Positions 38,701-51,379 of a DNA stretch of 64,000 bases are shown here, one piece after another (within the stretch, counting starts at the first letter, position 1; each line of letters starts with the position of its first letter). Origin of the DNA: Raillietiella orientalis (lineage: Eukaryota); contig JAYWIR010000008.1 of the NCBI GenBank assembly GCA_036172245.1, positions 5,084,001 to 5,148,000 of the forward strand, read 5' to 3'. Under the pieces are notes generated by a model that was not told where the DNA came from, did no database searches, and was given only the letters and a program-made list of their open reading frames with translations. The translations under genes and the position numbers were made by a program.

Positions 38701-41700
38701 CCGGTCCCATTCCCCTCCCCGGTCAGAGTTTTCCTCCCGCTTTTCGTTTTTTTTTTTCTTTTTGTCTGTTTTTCCCGCTTTTTCCTTCCCCGTTGCTGTT
38801 ATAACGGACCTCATCGGTCTACGTACCGGTCGTGGAAAGTTCCGAACAGGTGGTGCAATCAAGCGTTTCACCACACTTGAACATCTCAGTGGACATCTTT
38901 TATTACTGTCATTATAAATATTTTGTTCAATAATTAATTCTTCGGAAAAACCAGGTGGAAAACTTGACGTCTTGCGTTTCCAAGAAGCCTTTGTCCCGTT
39001 TTGTTTCCCCGGCCCCGTTCCCGGAAGAGCAGACTGCCAAGCAGGGTCCCGAGGAAGAGTTCCTTTTCATTCCCTCTCGTGCATATTCTAGATGCACCCA
39101 ACACGAAGAACGCGCTCCTTTTCTGAAAGGAAGGACCAGAGTTCAGGGGTACGACGTTCCCTTCCTGATCTTCCTGTTCCTCCTCGCTTGCCACCCCGCC
39201 CAGCTTTCCTAGCACTCGCCGTAGGTGTAAGGAAGAAAAAGCAAGAAGGAGTCTCTAGTTCTCACGAAGAAGGAACCGGGTTCACGATTTCCGTAAGGTC
39301 TTCTCGGACGAGTGACTCCTCCCCTTGTCGGTTCCAGGTCTTCCGAAAAGCAGGGCGGCGCCGCTTCCTCTGCCGCGAAAGTTCCCATCTTGCTGCATGG
39401 GGAAGCCCAGGAATTCGATCTGTCTCGTGCTGGCTGTCCTGGATATTCCAGGAACTTGCAGTTCTTCCCAAACGACGGCGGAGGCGGGAAGGAACGGGTC
39501 CACTTTACGGGGACTGGCATGCTGCTTGCCGGCCACCTAACGGCTTCGGTCAAAGGACCTCAAAGACTCCAGAAGGCTGGAAAGGGTTCCCTCGAGGGGG
39601 CTTCCGTGGCAGCATTGCATAGACCTCTTCCCGTGGCATGGGAATGTTTGCTGCAAAGGGATCACAAGACGCTTCTTCGACATGCGAAGAGCAGCGCAGA
39701 GCGCCCTCCCGTGCCGAGTTTGCGACCAGACAAGCGGGTCCACGAGTTCAGCCACGGTACCTGTTGACGCGCGTCGGTGACCTCGCCAGTTCCTGTCGTC
39801 TTTGGACGGAAAGGAAGGGGATAAGGATGGGAATTTCTGGAGAAGAAGAGGGAGGAAGAATGGATGGGTCCTTCGCCGGAGGCCCTTCCAGGAGATGGTT
39901 CCCGAAATTCTCCCAGATGTCCACGTGTGGGAGGCGTGATGCGAGGATCCTCCACGCGCAGCTTCTGCGGAGACCATTGTTCCCGGCTCCTCCTCCACCC
40001 CTCTCTCCGCTTGGATTTCACACTCCGGGAGGACCCGTCTCTTGGACCGTTCCGGGACGGAAGAAGGAACGCAGAGAAGGAGGGTCAGACGAAGAGGAAC
40101 GCAGAGGGGGGGAGGATTCATTACATCCCGGAGATCGCATCTCGTCTCCGGGATCGGGAATCCTTTGTGTGGAGGAGGATTCCAGGCTGCGTGGCCGTGC
40201 GCCCCTGTCCCGTTTTGTTTCCCTGGTCCCCACGGGAAATTCCCCTATTTTCCATTTTTATTGAAAAAGAAAGGTCAGGAGGCGTTCGGAGCCTCCCTGC
40301 CTTCCCCCTCCCCCACTCCTTCCTCCTAGGACTGCTGCTTCCGCGGAGTCGCAAGCCGTGTCAGTAGCATTCGGAAGCCTGGAGCAAGTGAGTGAGCGCG
40401 TCCAACTAGGAAGAGGTCGAAGGCGACGAGAGAGCTGGTGGGGAAGCGTGCAGAGGGAGAAAAAGGCACCCTTCTTCTCCTTCTCCTCTCCTCTTTGCCT
40501 CACTCTTTTCCTCCCTCCCGGACCCCACCACTCGTAACTCAGGATGCCTCTCCTTCCACTTTGCTCCTCATCCCCAGATTCCTCCCATGTAAATGCCTGG
40601 AGGTAAGAGGTTTCTTCCCTACATCAGGAGACATGGCGAATCTTCCTCCGGGACACGCTCCCTCCCCAGGGACTGACCACACGCTGCTGCCCCCTTCACA
40701 CCCTCCGCCGCCACTGCCGCGACGGGACGCAATGCCGTGACTGGGAGTCAGAGCAAGTGAGACTTCTGTCGGAGGCGAGGGATCCTCGCCCCCAGGCTAC
40801 GCGGACTTGAGGGACTGCTCCCATCCCCCTCCCCTTCGGGAGTTTGAGACACCCTGATTCTACCCACCTCACTTTTCGAGCTCCATTCTCCGAACCTCAC
40901 CCGGTTCCCCTTCGAGCGTCCGGGAGGCTGACTCCCCAGAAAGGAAAGAACCAGCAGTGGTCGCCGATGCCACGAAGTCGTGTCTTGGGGGGCACCCAGG
41001 GTCGAGGAGCGAAGGCGATCTCGCAACAGCCGCCTGGCGGGGAAGGCCGCCTTAGGCGTTCCGGTAGAGCGAGCCCTTTCCGCCCTGCGTTGGGTGCGGA
41101 GGACAAAAGCAAGAAGAGGCGCTGCTGCGCGCTCTCCAGATCGCTCCCCTCCCCTCCCTTCCCCCTTTTCTTGTGCCTGAGGTGGCGGAGATAATAAAAA
41201 AAGGGGGGATGGCGTGAAGAACAAGGCACTTCTCGTGACCTTCAGTAGAGTCGCCGCCTCCAGAGGGAGCGGGCGAAAGCCATCAGCGTTCCTGTCCATC
41301 CTTCACCCCAGCCGATCCATGGCTGCCTTCACTCGACTCGACTGCCTTCCGGTGGCTCCGTCTATCGATCGGCACGTGGCGACCCCCAGGATGCGTTAGT
41401 CTGCACAAGGGATGCCAGCCGGCCATCTTGCCGCGTGGACCAGCAGCGAGAGAAAAGGGAACGGGAGGGGGGGCAGGAGTTAAGGGAGTGACTAACCTCT
41501 GCCCCCCTCTTTTTTTTCTTCAGCATCCAAGAAAACAGGAAGGGGGAATGGCCATGCAGGGAGGGAGCCTAAAGAGGACCCGGTAATCGAGCATGGTCTG
41601 GACCTGGGCCTGAACTCCAGTAGGCATGGCTGGAGATGGAGTGTGTGTCTGAGGAGAGGGCGTAGGAGGATGGGGTTTTCGAAAAGAAAAGTTTGGGGAG

Positions 41701-42133
41701 TCAGAAAAGACTCCAGAAACGCAAAGAGGGAGGGAAAAGCTCTGCTGCCTCCATTCCTTCTTCAGGAAGCCCTTTCTTTCCTTTTTTCCTTCTTTTCTTC
41801 CTCCACTTCCCCTTCCCCGCCCCCTTCTCCCCGGATGGAACCCTTCATGATCATCCACCAGCACGCCACCTCGCTCCAGATCAAGCAGTAGCTGCCCGGT
41901 CTTCAGTTACCCAGTTCCGGTGACTCCTCCTCCAGTGCTGCTGCTGCGAGACCCTCCGCCAGGAGAGGCCGTCGACTCTTCTCTTCGAAAATTCGGGGAC
42001 CCAATTCCCCCCCAATCAGGACGGAGTCACGTGGGTTTGCGCGCCACCTGTGCCCGCAGGAACCCTCCGGGAGACGCCTTCCGGAACTTCCGGGAACGCT
42101 CGCTCACCGTAAATCGCAGCCCGCGTCGCCGGC

Positions 42134-42372
42134 CCGCTCCTTCCGCGAAGCCGGACGCGCCCGCTGGCAGCGGCAGGGCCGCGCGAGAGAGCGATTTATG
42201 ACCCCTTCCCTCTCTTCCTCCCCCTTCCCTCCCTTCCCGGAATCCACGAGGGGAGAGAGCAGCGCCTCGCTTCGCAGCAGTGTCCTCTAGAGCCTCTCCT
42301 CTCCGCCTCTCCCGACAGCAGACGCGTCCGTCCTCCCGGCGACGCACCCGTCTTTCCCGAACGTTCCCTCCG
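42134..42372 (+). repeat. ~240-bp dispersed direct repeat, copy 1 (copy 2 at 45971-46235)
   Basis: Shared blocks CGCTCCTTCC.CGAA.CCGGA, GCGATTTATGACCCCTTCCCTCT and CGACGCACCCGTCTTTCCCGAACGTTCCC. Confidence 0.85.
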
Positions 42373-43149
42373 AGCCACCGGTGGCTCCTGACGCGAGGGA
42401 AGCTTAGAAGCGGGGAGACTCCCACGCAAGAAACAGGCAACAGCTCTTGCGAAGACTTCGGACCTCTCCCAAGGTTCTGCCAGGACCAAGGACGCAGATC
42501 GGGAGGTACCCCGAGCTACCTCCTCCCCTTCCTCGGAATGGCCGCGTCTCCTCATCTTCCGATGCCCTCGATCGGATAGGAGGAAGCTGCGACGCGTGCA
42601 AAGACCAGGGCTGCCCTCCACTCCCACCCGCCCCTTAAGGGCGCCGTGCAAGAGAGGCCTCGCCGTAGTGGCACGCGCTGGATGTCCCATTGGTGCCGCT
42701 GATGCGCTCGAGACCCTCGGCGGAGCTGACGGCATGCACTTCGGGACGGGGAGGTCGGACTGCCTCCCCCTCTTTGACGGCATGCTGCTCGAAGCTCTTC
42801 CCGGACCTGATGAGAGGGCTTGAGATCCCCGTTCCCATGCCAGGAGGAGCGTCAGGAAGAGAAAGAGGCTGGAAGAAGGAATGAGGGCAGAAGGCCGCAA
42901 GCGCGCGCCAAGGCATCCCTGGAAACGCAGGCGTCCTCTTTTCGAGCACCACGACTTCCTGTCTTCGACCGCCTCTTGTCCGGCATCCCCGTTTGGTCTC
43001 TGAGCACAGGAAGGCGTTCCTTCCCGCAGAACGAGAAGGAAAAGGAAGGAAAGGACGGGAAGGGAAGGGGGAGGGAAGATAGAGATGGAAAAAAAAAAGA
43101 GGCAAGTTTTATTCTGTGGAGGGGGAGTTTACGATTCCTTGGGTGAGGA

Positions 43150-44400
43150 GGATCTCAAAACTCCCTCTGGGAATCCACCTATGCCTCCGATATGGTTCAC
43201 CGAACAATCAGTTCTTTCTTGGATATCGCAGGAAAGTCTGAGTTCCCCTTTAATTAATTCATTAGGAGGAGGAAGAAACGGATATGGAAAATTCCACGAA
43301 GACTGCCTCCTTGAAATAATCTGAAGAGGACGGGGAGAACGTCATGCAGATGTGACAACCAATCTGGTAGCATAATAGAAACCTGCGTACTTGACAAATC
43401 TTGTAGATTTGTCATGAATGCTTCTTGGAGGGCAACCCTAATCGGAAGCTCCGAGCCCTCGAAGCATCTGACGGTACAGCGGACGCCTGTGATTTCGCTG
43501 GGGCCTCGCCTTCCCCCGAGGATCGGCGGTGGCTTCCAATTAACGGCTGAAACCCTCTGATCCCGATCCGCTGTTCTATTTAATCTGGGTACGGTGGTGG
43601 TCAGGCCAGCCGGAGAGCGGGAATCGCCCTGGGAGCAGGCAGATGCGCTCGATCGTGAGGGCAGAATCGTTGCCACACCTCTTCGAAGTCTCCGAGGCGG
43701 AAGCCGGGGGGCAGCTGCCCATTTTACCGACGGGACACAGCTCTGCTCTTCCGCCTCGGAGCGGCGAGGATGGGGTCCCGGAGGGCTGCGGAAACGTCAG
43801 GCAATCCATCTTCCGGGATGAGTCTTGGCGGACGAATCTGCCGCTGTGCTCCAGCCCGTGCGAGCATCGAGCCGTCCGAACGAAAGAGTCCCGTCTGCTC
43901 GACGACAGAGAGCCGCCGTGGAATTATCCTTTTCGTGCAAGGCCTCCCGGACCTCCCGCCCTCCATGCCACCCCTCCGTGGTGAGGACCCAAGCCGATCA
44001 TGACGAAGGCATGCTGCTGACGCCTCCGAAGAGACAGGAAGCAGCGCTGCTTGGGAACGTGGAAACGAGTGCAGGACTTCTTGCATCCAAAGCCCGCCGG
44101 CTTTGCTGCGTCTGCATGCCTGGAACGTGCTGCATGTCTGGAAATGAGCTGTGAAGATGCAGCAGCTCCTCAAAGCATCTTCGTGTCGAATGATGCCGAG
44201 GATTACCCCCCAAACATTGACGGGAAGATTCGAATAGATTCCCAAATAATGCACTGATCCATATCTTGTGATGAATTTTCTCAGCTCTAATGCTTCGGAA
44301 ATTTACATCTCTCAGAGTGTGCGTCGCGTTTCGGATGAGCAGATGTTTGCAGAAGGATTTATCTAGCATCCACTTTTGGTGTCTAAATTCTTCTTCAAAG
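43150..44400 (-). mobile_element. Degenerate Ty3/gypsy pol relic (protease ... RT/RNase H linker)
   Basis: MLDKSFCKHLL (~LDSGxxHxFI) and VWGVILG (~DVILG), then QEAFMTNLQDLSSTQVSIMLPDW (~QEAFxxLKxxLxxxPVLxxPDW). Confidence 0.55.
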
Positions 44401-44760
44401 GAAGCACGCTGCTACTTTTGCAACACACCCTGGGAACGGGGTCTATAAGTAAGCCAAGAGGGAAAAAAAAATTTTTCTTTATTTTTTTACAAAAAATTCT
44501 TGCATGCTTATATGCAGGAAGAACAGGAACAAGGTTGAGCAAGAAAAACACGACCAGGAATGGGCAAGAACACAAACAAGAATGAGAAAAGAGAACAGGT
44601 TTGTCTTTCGAAACATTCAAGTGGCTTCTCACCATCGAAAGGAATTAAAGATGCAATTGGAGAAGTGAATGTAGACTCGGCTCGGGTCCCGCATCGGGTC
44701 CAGGAAGACCCTCGAACCACGTGCGATCATAGAGGAGGAAAACCGTTCTCCATGAAAGTA

Positions 44761-45806
44761 GCACACCTGCAAGGTAGGATATCACCTGCTTCATCGAGGG
44801 AAGATCGAAACCCCTTGCTGGGTGGAGCACGCGAGGGCTAGCCGACCCAGCGACTCTCGGCATCCCACTCCCAGTGGGCGAACTGCCTCCGCCAGGTCCA
44901 GCTGCTGGAGAGTCCCCCAGAGAAGGCGCTGCTGCACGCCATTCTGACAGGCGCATTCACCCTTCCTTCCTCTGACGTGTGGCAAGAATCGGCGCTTCTG
45001 CTGAAGCGCCAGGGTCCTCCCTGCGGCACGCGCCGACACTACCGGACTCGGGAGCGGGTGAGCCCGAACTGCCGCAGGTGCGGGGAACGACAGCCCCTCC
45101 GGCACGCGTTCTCGCGGGTCGTGCCGCCCTCCGGCCCCATATAGGAACGCCGGTGGGCAGCCTCGGAGACGTTCGCAAGCGCCTCTTCGTGCGCAACGTC
45201 CTACCGCCAGCCGCGTGCCCAGCAGCCGCCTTTCTGGCATTGTGGCTGCCCGCAGCGCCGCAACCGAAAGAGGCCCGGACTTTTGCAGGTCGTCATCTCT
45301 TCCATCTCTTCTTCAGGATGACCACCCGTCTGGGTAGTAATGATGGATGCAGCATGGAAGCATCCTTGGAAGGACGTTCGCTGGCAAAACGTGGTCCCTT
45401 CCCAAACCATCCAAAGTTTTCCCGTCGATTTTTATTGATTTTTTTTTCCTCTCGTGCATTGCCGGGGCAAACCTCATCGGCGTCTCGGCAGATTCCCTGC
45501 TCAGTGGGTGTGTCAGGGCCGAGTGCTGTTGCCCACCTCCTTCTCTGTACGTCCACCGAGATCCAGCGAATGCCCCGGCGCAACTGGGTGGCAACGCCCG
45601 GAATCCTCGATCGGAAACTTCCCGCCAGAGGTCGTTCGTCTTCCGGGAAGGGCTTCTCCAGAGGGCAAAGGCATCCATCCGGTAGTTGGTGGGGCGAGCA
45701 CCAAACCCTTTTCTAGAAAAGATCTCTCTTCTCTCTCCCCCCTCCTTCCGAGTGGAGAAGCCTCCACGGGCACCGTTAGGGGTTACCCCATTCAGAAGAG
45801 AAGGCA
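44761..45806 (-). repeat. Large inverted repeat, right copy (near-identical to 5904-6924)
   Basis: Reverse-complement match to the left copy, with an extra 27 bp at 45674-45700. Confidence 0.97.
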
Positions 45807-45970
45807 GCTGCTGCCGTCAACCGCGCTGTGTACGCCACCAGCTCCATCGGAGATCGTGCACGCACCGGAGGCACCAGTGGGACGTCTGGAGCGTGCTACC
45901 ATGGTAAGGTCTACCTTACACTGTGTGCTTGAGGTCAGGAGTGGGTAGGAAGGTATCTGAGGTCTTCGCG

Positions 45971-46235
45971 CGCTCCTTCCTCGAAACCGGAATGCATTCA
46001 CTGGCAGCAGCAGGGCCGGGCGCGCGCGCGATTTATGACCCCTTCCCTCTTCTCCCCCTTCTTCCCTTCCCCTCCCGGAATCCTCGGCGCCTCTCCCCGC
46101 GGAAACGTACCCGAGGGTTTGGGGGAAGAAGAAGACCTGCCAAGCCCCCGAGAGTTTCTCCTACCCTCCTCGTCTCCCAGACGGCAGGCGCGCGCGTCCT
46201 CTCGACGCACCCGTCTTTCCCGAACGTTCCCCTCG
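45971..46235 (+). repeat. ~240-bp dispersed direct repeat, copy 2
   Basis: Matches 42134-42372. Confidence 0.85.
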
Positions 46236-46379
46236 AGAGCAAGAAGATGCAAGCGCATGGATCACACACGAAGCGGGAAAAGAAGGCGTTGCCAGGGAAC
46301 CGTTTCTTCTGAATTGGTGCGCTCATCCTGGAGTTCTTCACTTGGAATCGAACCACTTTCATCTCGGAGAGTTTCAGGC

Positions 46380-47200
46380 CCAGTCCACCCTGACGACGGC
46401 TCTCCAAGAGAAAACAACAGAGCTGCGAGTCCTCACCGCAGAAGCGCTGAGGACGACCCCCGTCGGATCGACATGGCCGAAGATTCTGTGCGCTGGAGAT
46501 TCCCTCCCGCGAGAGCAGACCGGGATCCTGAAACGTGCTCGTTGCGGAAAATCTCCCTCTAAGGAAATAGAGTCCTCCCCCTGCTCCCACCGTTATTCTC
46601 GCTTCCGCCCTTCCAGCTGAGATGAAAGAGGAATCCGCCCCTCACAGATCTGGAAGAAGGAAGGGACAGGTTGCTGTAGGCGCGTTCGAACCGTTGGCAC
46701 GGCAACGTTCCTTGGCGCGTCCGGGACGCACGAATGCCAGCTCCCTCGCAAGCTGTTTGGGTGTCTCGCCTGTCCGTGCCCTTTCGTGGGTGTCTGCTTG
46801 GAAGAACTCACACGGGAAGAGGATGGCCGCGTACGAAAGACGCCGGCGCTGCGAGAATCACTCTGCAAGAAACGGCATTCATCTTGTCCGGAACAGGAAA
46901 GAAGGAATTTGCTGGACCCGCGACGTGAAGCCGTGTGTTTCCCTGGACGCGCCGCCCAAAGCCACGCAGTCCTGCATCGCGACCGGCTGCGAGGCTCCGG
47001 GAGAGAACAAGCGGCGTTGGTCTGCGCGCACCTGCACGTCCCAAGAACTGCCAAAATTTGGGCTTTTGAAAACTGGAACGGAAGAAGAAGGATTCGGTTC
47101 GAACTTCAGCATCTTGCGAAAGCATCAATCCGTTCCTTGCTTCCTCTCCCTTCCTGAGAGAATCTTCATCACTCACCAGTTTTATAGGAATCCTGCACGT
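46380..47200 (+). mobile_element. Possible L1 RT relic
   Basis: KILCAGDSLP (~KAPGPDGxP), AFEPLA (~FRPIS), HGKRM (~GRxI), in order. Weak. Confidence 0.3.
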
Positions 47201-47449
47201 TCACGCTGATGACTCTCCCTCCCTTCTTTTTACCTCCTTTCGGTGCCGTGGATCCCCATTCCTCGTATCCCAGCAGCACACCGGATTTCCTTGAGATATG
47301 GCTCTGCCGATATCTTTCGTTTCGAAGATTTCGTGGGATAATGCCGCCCTCCTGTGAGCCACCCTTCTCGATTCTTTTCCGCCTTCAAAACGGACGAGAG
47401 AGCACCGAGGAGCATGGCATCAGCACATTGAGGAGGCGTTCAAGTGTCT

Positions 47450-48010
47450 CTCGGCAACGCACCCTGATCCAAGAAACACTCTAATGCATCCCCGAAGGCC
47501 ATCTGCATCGAAAGTGCATGCTGGTGGAAGTCTTTGCGAACGCACGTCACGAGAGGAATTTCACTTCCTTGGACGCCAAGGTTCTCCCCCCCAGATGAGC
47601 ACGCCCGAGTTCCGGCTCGGCAGCCGTGCCCCGGTGTTCCCGATCCGCGCATATTGAAAGTATTCACCAGGCTCAGTCCTCGAGGGATCATTACGCGCAA
47701 TAATCAGTTTTAACTTCCTGGGCTTTGGGTGGTGACGAATACCCGGAACTGATTTCCGTCATGCTGCTACGCTCCCCGGCACCTGGCTCCTTCATTGATG
47801 CAGCGCGCCAACATCCAGCTCCCCCTTCCTTCGCCAGTGCTCCGATTTCGTGCCGTTTCCAAAAGCGGATTTCTGCTTGCCCTCGGGATGCTGGATTCGG
47901 CATCCTGATGCTGGAGGATGTCGGACTGCGGGCGCAGTTCCGCAGTGCCGTACCCAACTGAAGACTTCCCAGTAAAGCGCTTACCTCCGCCCCGGCAGCG
48001 AAGAACTTTC
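47450..48010 (-). rRNA. Highly degenerate small-subunit (18S-type) rDNA relic
   Basis: Minus strand, collinear with 18S: ATCAGGATGCCGAATCC..GAGGG (~ATCAGGGTTCGATTCCGGAGAGGG), GAAACGGC..AAGGAAGG..GGCGCGC, AGCAGC..CGGAAATCAGTTCC..GTTAAAA (~CAGCAGCCGCGGTAATTCCAGCTCC..GTTAAAA), GTGAAATTC..TCGCAAAGAC. Confidence 0.5.
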
Positions 48011-48999
48011 ATCGTCGCTGACGCGCTTCCGCTACAAGATGAGGGCATTCGGCTTCCCGTTGAGTCAGTTGGCCTCGCGTCTGGAATCCCCACCAATGCA
48101 CATCTTGCCTCCCGATGGATTTCATTGCCTGAAGGCAAGTCGGCAGTCGTGTCCCGGGCCATGCACCTGTAAGTAAGCCCAGAGGAACCTCCCCTTTTTC
48201 TTGAGCCATCCTCTGGAAGCGTTGATGCAGCACTCGACGAAGTGGTCCATTCTGACCTCCACAGTCCTTACCTCAGAGCTGTCTGCCCGACGGGCAAGTA
48301 ACGGAGGGGTGAGAGTTCTGCACCGCTGCAGGAGAGTTCAAAGTCCTGGGCGGCTGGAAGACGCGCGAGCTGGCCTATGCTACCACTCCACGTTGTAGGG
48401 ACAAAGGACTCCTTCGACGGGAGAAGTGTCGTCCCCGAAGAACTTGCGATCTCTCTTCTGTGCTTGGACACTTCGGTGTTCCTGTTGCGGTGTTGTGCTG
48501 CTGTTTCCGCACTGGGGTTTCCGGTGCACCCAGAAAAGAGTAGGCACCCGATTTCCGGGGGGGCTGCGTCCCCGAACTGTTCAAAGTGCGCTGGTGGTGA
48601 AATCGATCCCGCATCTGCTTCTGAGCTGCTGTGCCCTCCTGGAACTGTGGCGGAGGCTGGAGTCAGAGCTCCAGCAACGGGACGCCACCTCTAAGGACCT
48701 GCCTCAGCGATTATTCTCACAAGGCGAATTCCTGTCAGGAGCGTGATTTCACACCCGGGTGCGCCGGGCTGTTTATCCTCTTACAGGAATCGATGGAGCC
48801 GATGGCCCACCAATTCCAATTGCTACACTACAAAGAAAGGGGTGGCGGGAGAGGGAGAGGTCCATCACGTCCACGAAGGGGAAGGGAGATGAAACAAAAA
48901 TAGAAAATGAGAACAAATTATAACAAACAAAAAAAACAGAAATTAGTTGGAGGGAAGGGAAGGGATCACACTTTGTGGTGGGTGAGGCCTCTGCATCCG

Positions 49000-49990
49000 T
49001 CGAAGGATGCCGGCGAGCTCCTCCTTCTCTCTTTCCAGGTAGGGCCACCTTAAAGCTATGAAGCTGTTGGTGTGCAGGACAGCCCCCTCGTCGCTCCATG
49101 CGTGATGCGGCCTCTCGTGATGCGAGACCGTGCACGCAGCACAGCGCTGCGATTGCGGCTGCGGGAGTCATGGCCTCGAGCTCGGAAAAGGACCTCAAAG
49201 AGTCTCTGGGATCGTCTACGGGGTGTGAGAGGGACGCAGAGAAACGTTCCACAATTCCCGGAGGGCGATGCACTGCACTATGAGGCGGGGAAGTGTCTCC
49301 TTCTGTCCACACCTGCCACAATCCGGCGTTGCGCTTCCCCTTGTCCAGTGGTGCCGGCTTTCATTGCACGGGAGACCCCAGTGCAGTATCAGCAGCGCCG
49401 ATTGCTGCCACTTGAGGGAAGCAGCTTCCTGCCCATAAATACGGGGGGCACTTCCAACTTTTCGGGATGAATGGAGAAGAGTTCGCCCCAATGTTCCAGT
49501 CCTTTGGAGACGGTTCTTGCTGTTGCTGCGTCAGCCAGCTGACGCAGAGTCCAGCCACCGATAGACTGCCTGTAAGTCGAGATCTCTCAGGAATCCTCCC
49601 ACGTCTCCGGTAGCTTCCACGCCACCCGATAGCAGTGGACACCTCTGCGGCGAAGGGAGTGGCTAGCGGGTAGGCCAACATAATCAGCTCACTACCCACC
49701 GCATCTAGTGTTCTTCCGCTGTTTTGAAATTCTCGGCAGCGGGTGACTTTTGGCGGGTTCCAGGTGAGCTGGGCCCACGTCCTCACTTTCTCCTGCCTCC
49801 AGGATGGAGCATTTGCAGGGCGGCAGCAAATCCACGTGTTCGCTCTCACCAGAGCAGTGACACACCGGAGAGGGAAGCCGCAAGATGGGAGCCAGCCGTG
49901 ATACACGCAAACAGGGTTGAGAATCCTTCCCCACCGGCCGCCGGCCGGGAGAGCAGACGTGCAGGGGCGCACCTATAGGTGGTCCAGTTC
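49000..49990 (-). mobile_element. Degenerate L1 LINE ORF2 C-terminus (zf-RVT)
   Basis: LLILHWGLP...DCGRCGQKETLPRLIVQCIALRELW (ORF 49216..49491). Confidence 0.75.
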
Positions 49991-50049
49991 TGTGCCACAA
50001 AGGCCAGTTTTCGAAACTTCAATTGAACTTCGATGCGCTCCAACATCAG

Positions 50050-50420
50050 GAGTCCAAGTCCTCCGTCGCGACGGAACCGCGTTCCCTACTTGTTTGTTCA
50101 TTTTCCTTCCCGAATAAGCGTCCCGGATTGACTGGATCAAAAAAAAAATCTCAGGTTCCCCTTCTTCGTCTCTTTCCCTTCCTCAACCCACTTTGGCTTT
50201 GGCAAGCGTCAAGCATTGACGTCCATCGATGCGCTGCATTTACCCTCGAAAATTTAGCACGCTTGATGGACACGGGGGATGCAGATTCCTTGACCCACGA
50301 CAAAATCTCTCTTTCCAATCCCAAAACTCCGAACCTGCAGCAAGAGAACCATGTATGGCACTCCAAAAGGCCGGTATCACTCTACCTTCCTTTTCTTCTT
50401 GCCGCACTCCTCCCTAGCAC
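50050..50420 (+). mobile_element. Possible Ty1/copia RT relic
   Basis: WQASSIDVHRCAAFTLENL (~WxxxQLDVKxAFLxGxL) then ENHVWHSKRPVSLY (~ENxVCxLxKSLYGL). Confidence 0.45.
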
Positions 50421-51379
50421 CACGATTTGAAAAGCCAGCTCGAGCCTTGGACTTCCCGCCGCCGCCTTGGAAACGAGAAAGGGGGACTTGATAGGCCACA
50501 TCACATTCTTACATCGAAGCTGTCCCCACCTTCCTTCCTCTGAGCCTGCCTTCCCCATTCGAGGCGTCCAGGGCTGATCCGACGCCCTCTGCAGCTCCTC
50601 TCTGTTGGCCTCCATTTGGTCTCCCGTCCTTCCCCCTCGCTCTGTGGGAATCCTCTGCAGGGAATCCTCTCATCCGAGCTCCATTTGCTTCGCTCTCCAG
50701 CTTCGCTCAGATTGCGGGATGGCACTTTTTCCATTATCACCCCTAAACTCCTTTGTTTCTCCCCGCCGACGACCCCACTCCTCGCTTCGGGCAGCGCATC
50801 CCGGTAGCGGGAGGAAGGCAGGTAGCAGGGCGTTTCTTCCTCGCTTCCGTGGTGGGACGTCCCTTCGATCCTGGTCTCGTGGACGCGGTATTACGAAGGG
50901 CTTTCCCCGGCGTTTCGTTCCCAGGATCCCGGAAAGTCTGTTCTGACCAGAGGACGACTCTGAAGAGCGGAATCTTTTCCTGCGTCCCGGACTCCCTCCC
51001 TGGTTTCGCTTAATTAGGATCGAAAAGTCGAAACAGCAGCGGACTGATGACGCTCTTGGAGACAAGAAGTCAGCGCAGTATTGGATGTAACCGATGGAAG
51101 CATCTCTCCCTCCACTCCTGCATCCCGGTTTAATTAGAACGTAGAAAAGAATTCCGGTTTGGATTTCGATTTGCTTCTTCATCGGGATTTTACCCCGTCC
51201 TTCCCGCAGCGGCCCAAGGAGTTTCGAAAGGAGTTCTTTCTGTCTTGGGGCCCTGTGATGGCACAGGGCGCTTATGAAACACATCAGGGATGCACGCTCA
51301 GCTGCCTTTTGTGGTGACAGGAGAATCACCCTGATGGAAGTGAAAGGGAACCGGAAGGAGTGTATCCAAGCCACCTCCA

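Noticed and set aside
38845..38858. ACAGGTGGTGCA resembling plastid/bacterial 16S rRNA
   Set aside because: 12-nt match with unrelated flanks.
5904..45806. Giant TIR transposon or Polinton bounded by the 1-kb inverted repeats
   Set aside because: The repeat is internal LINE sequence, with no TSD and no transposase, integrase or polymerase ORF inside.
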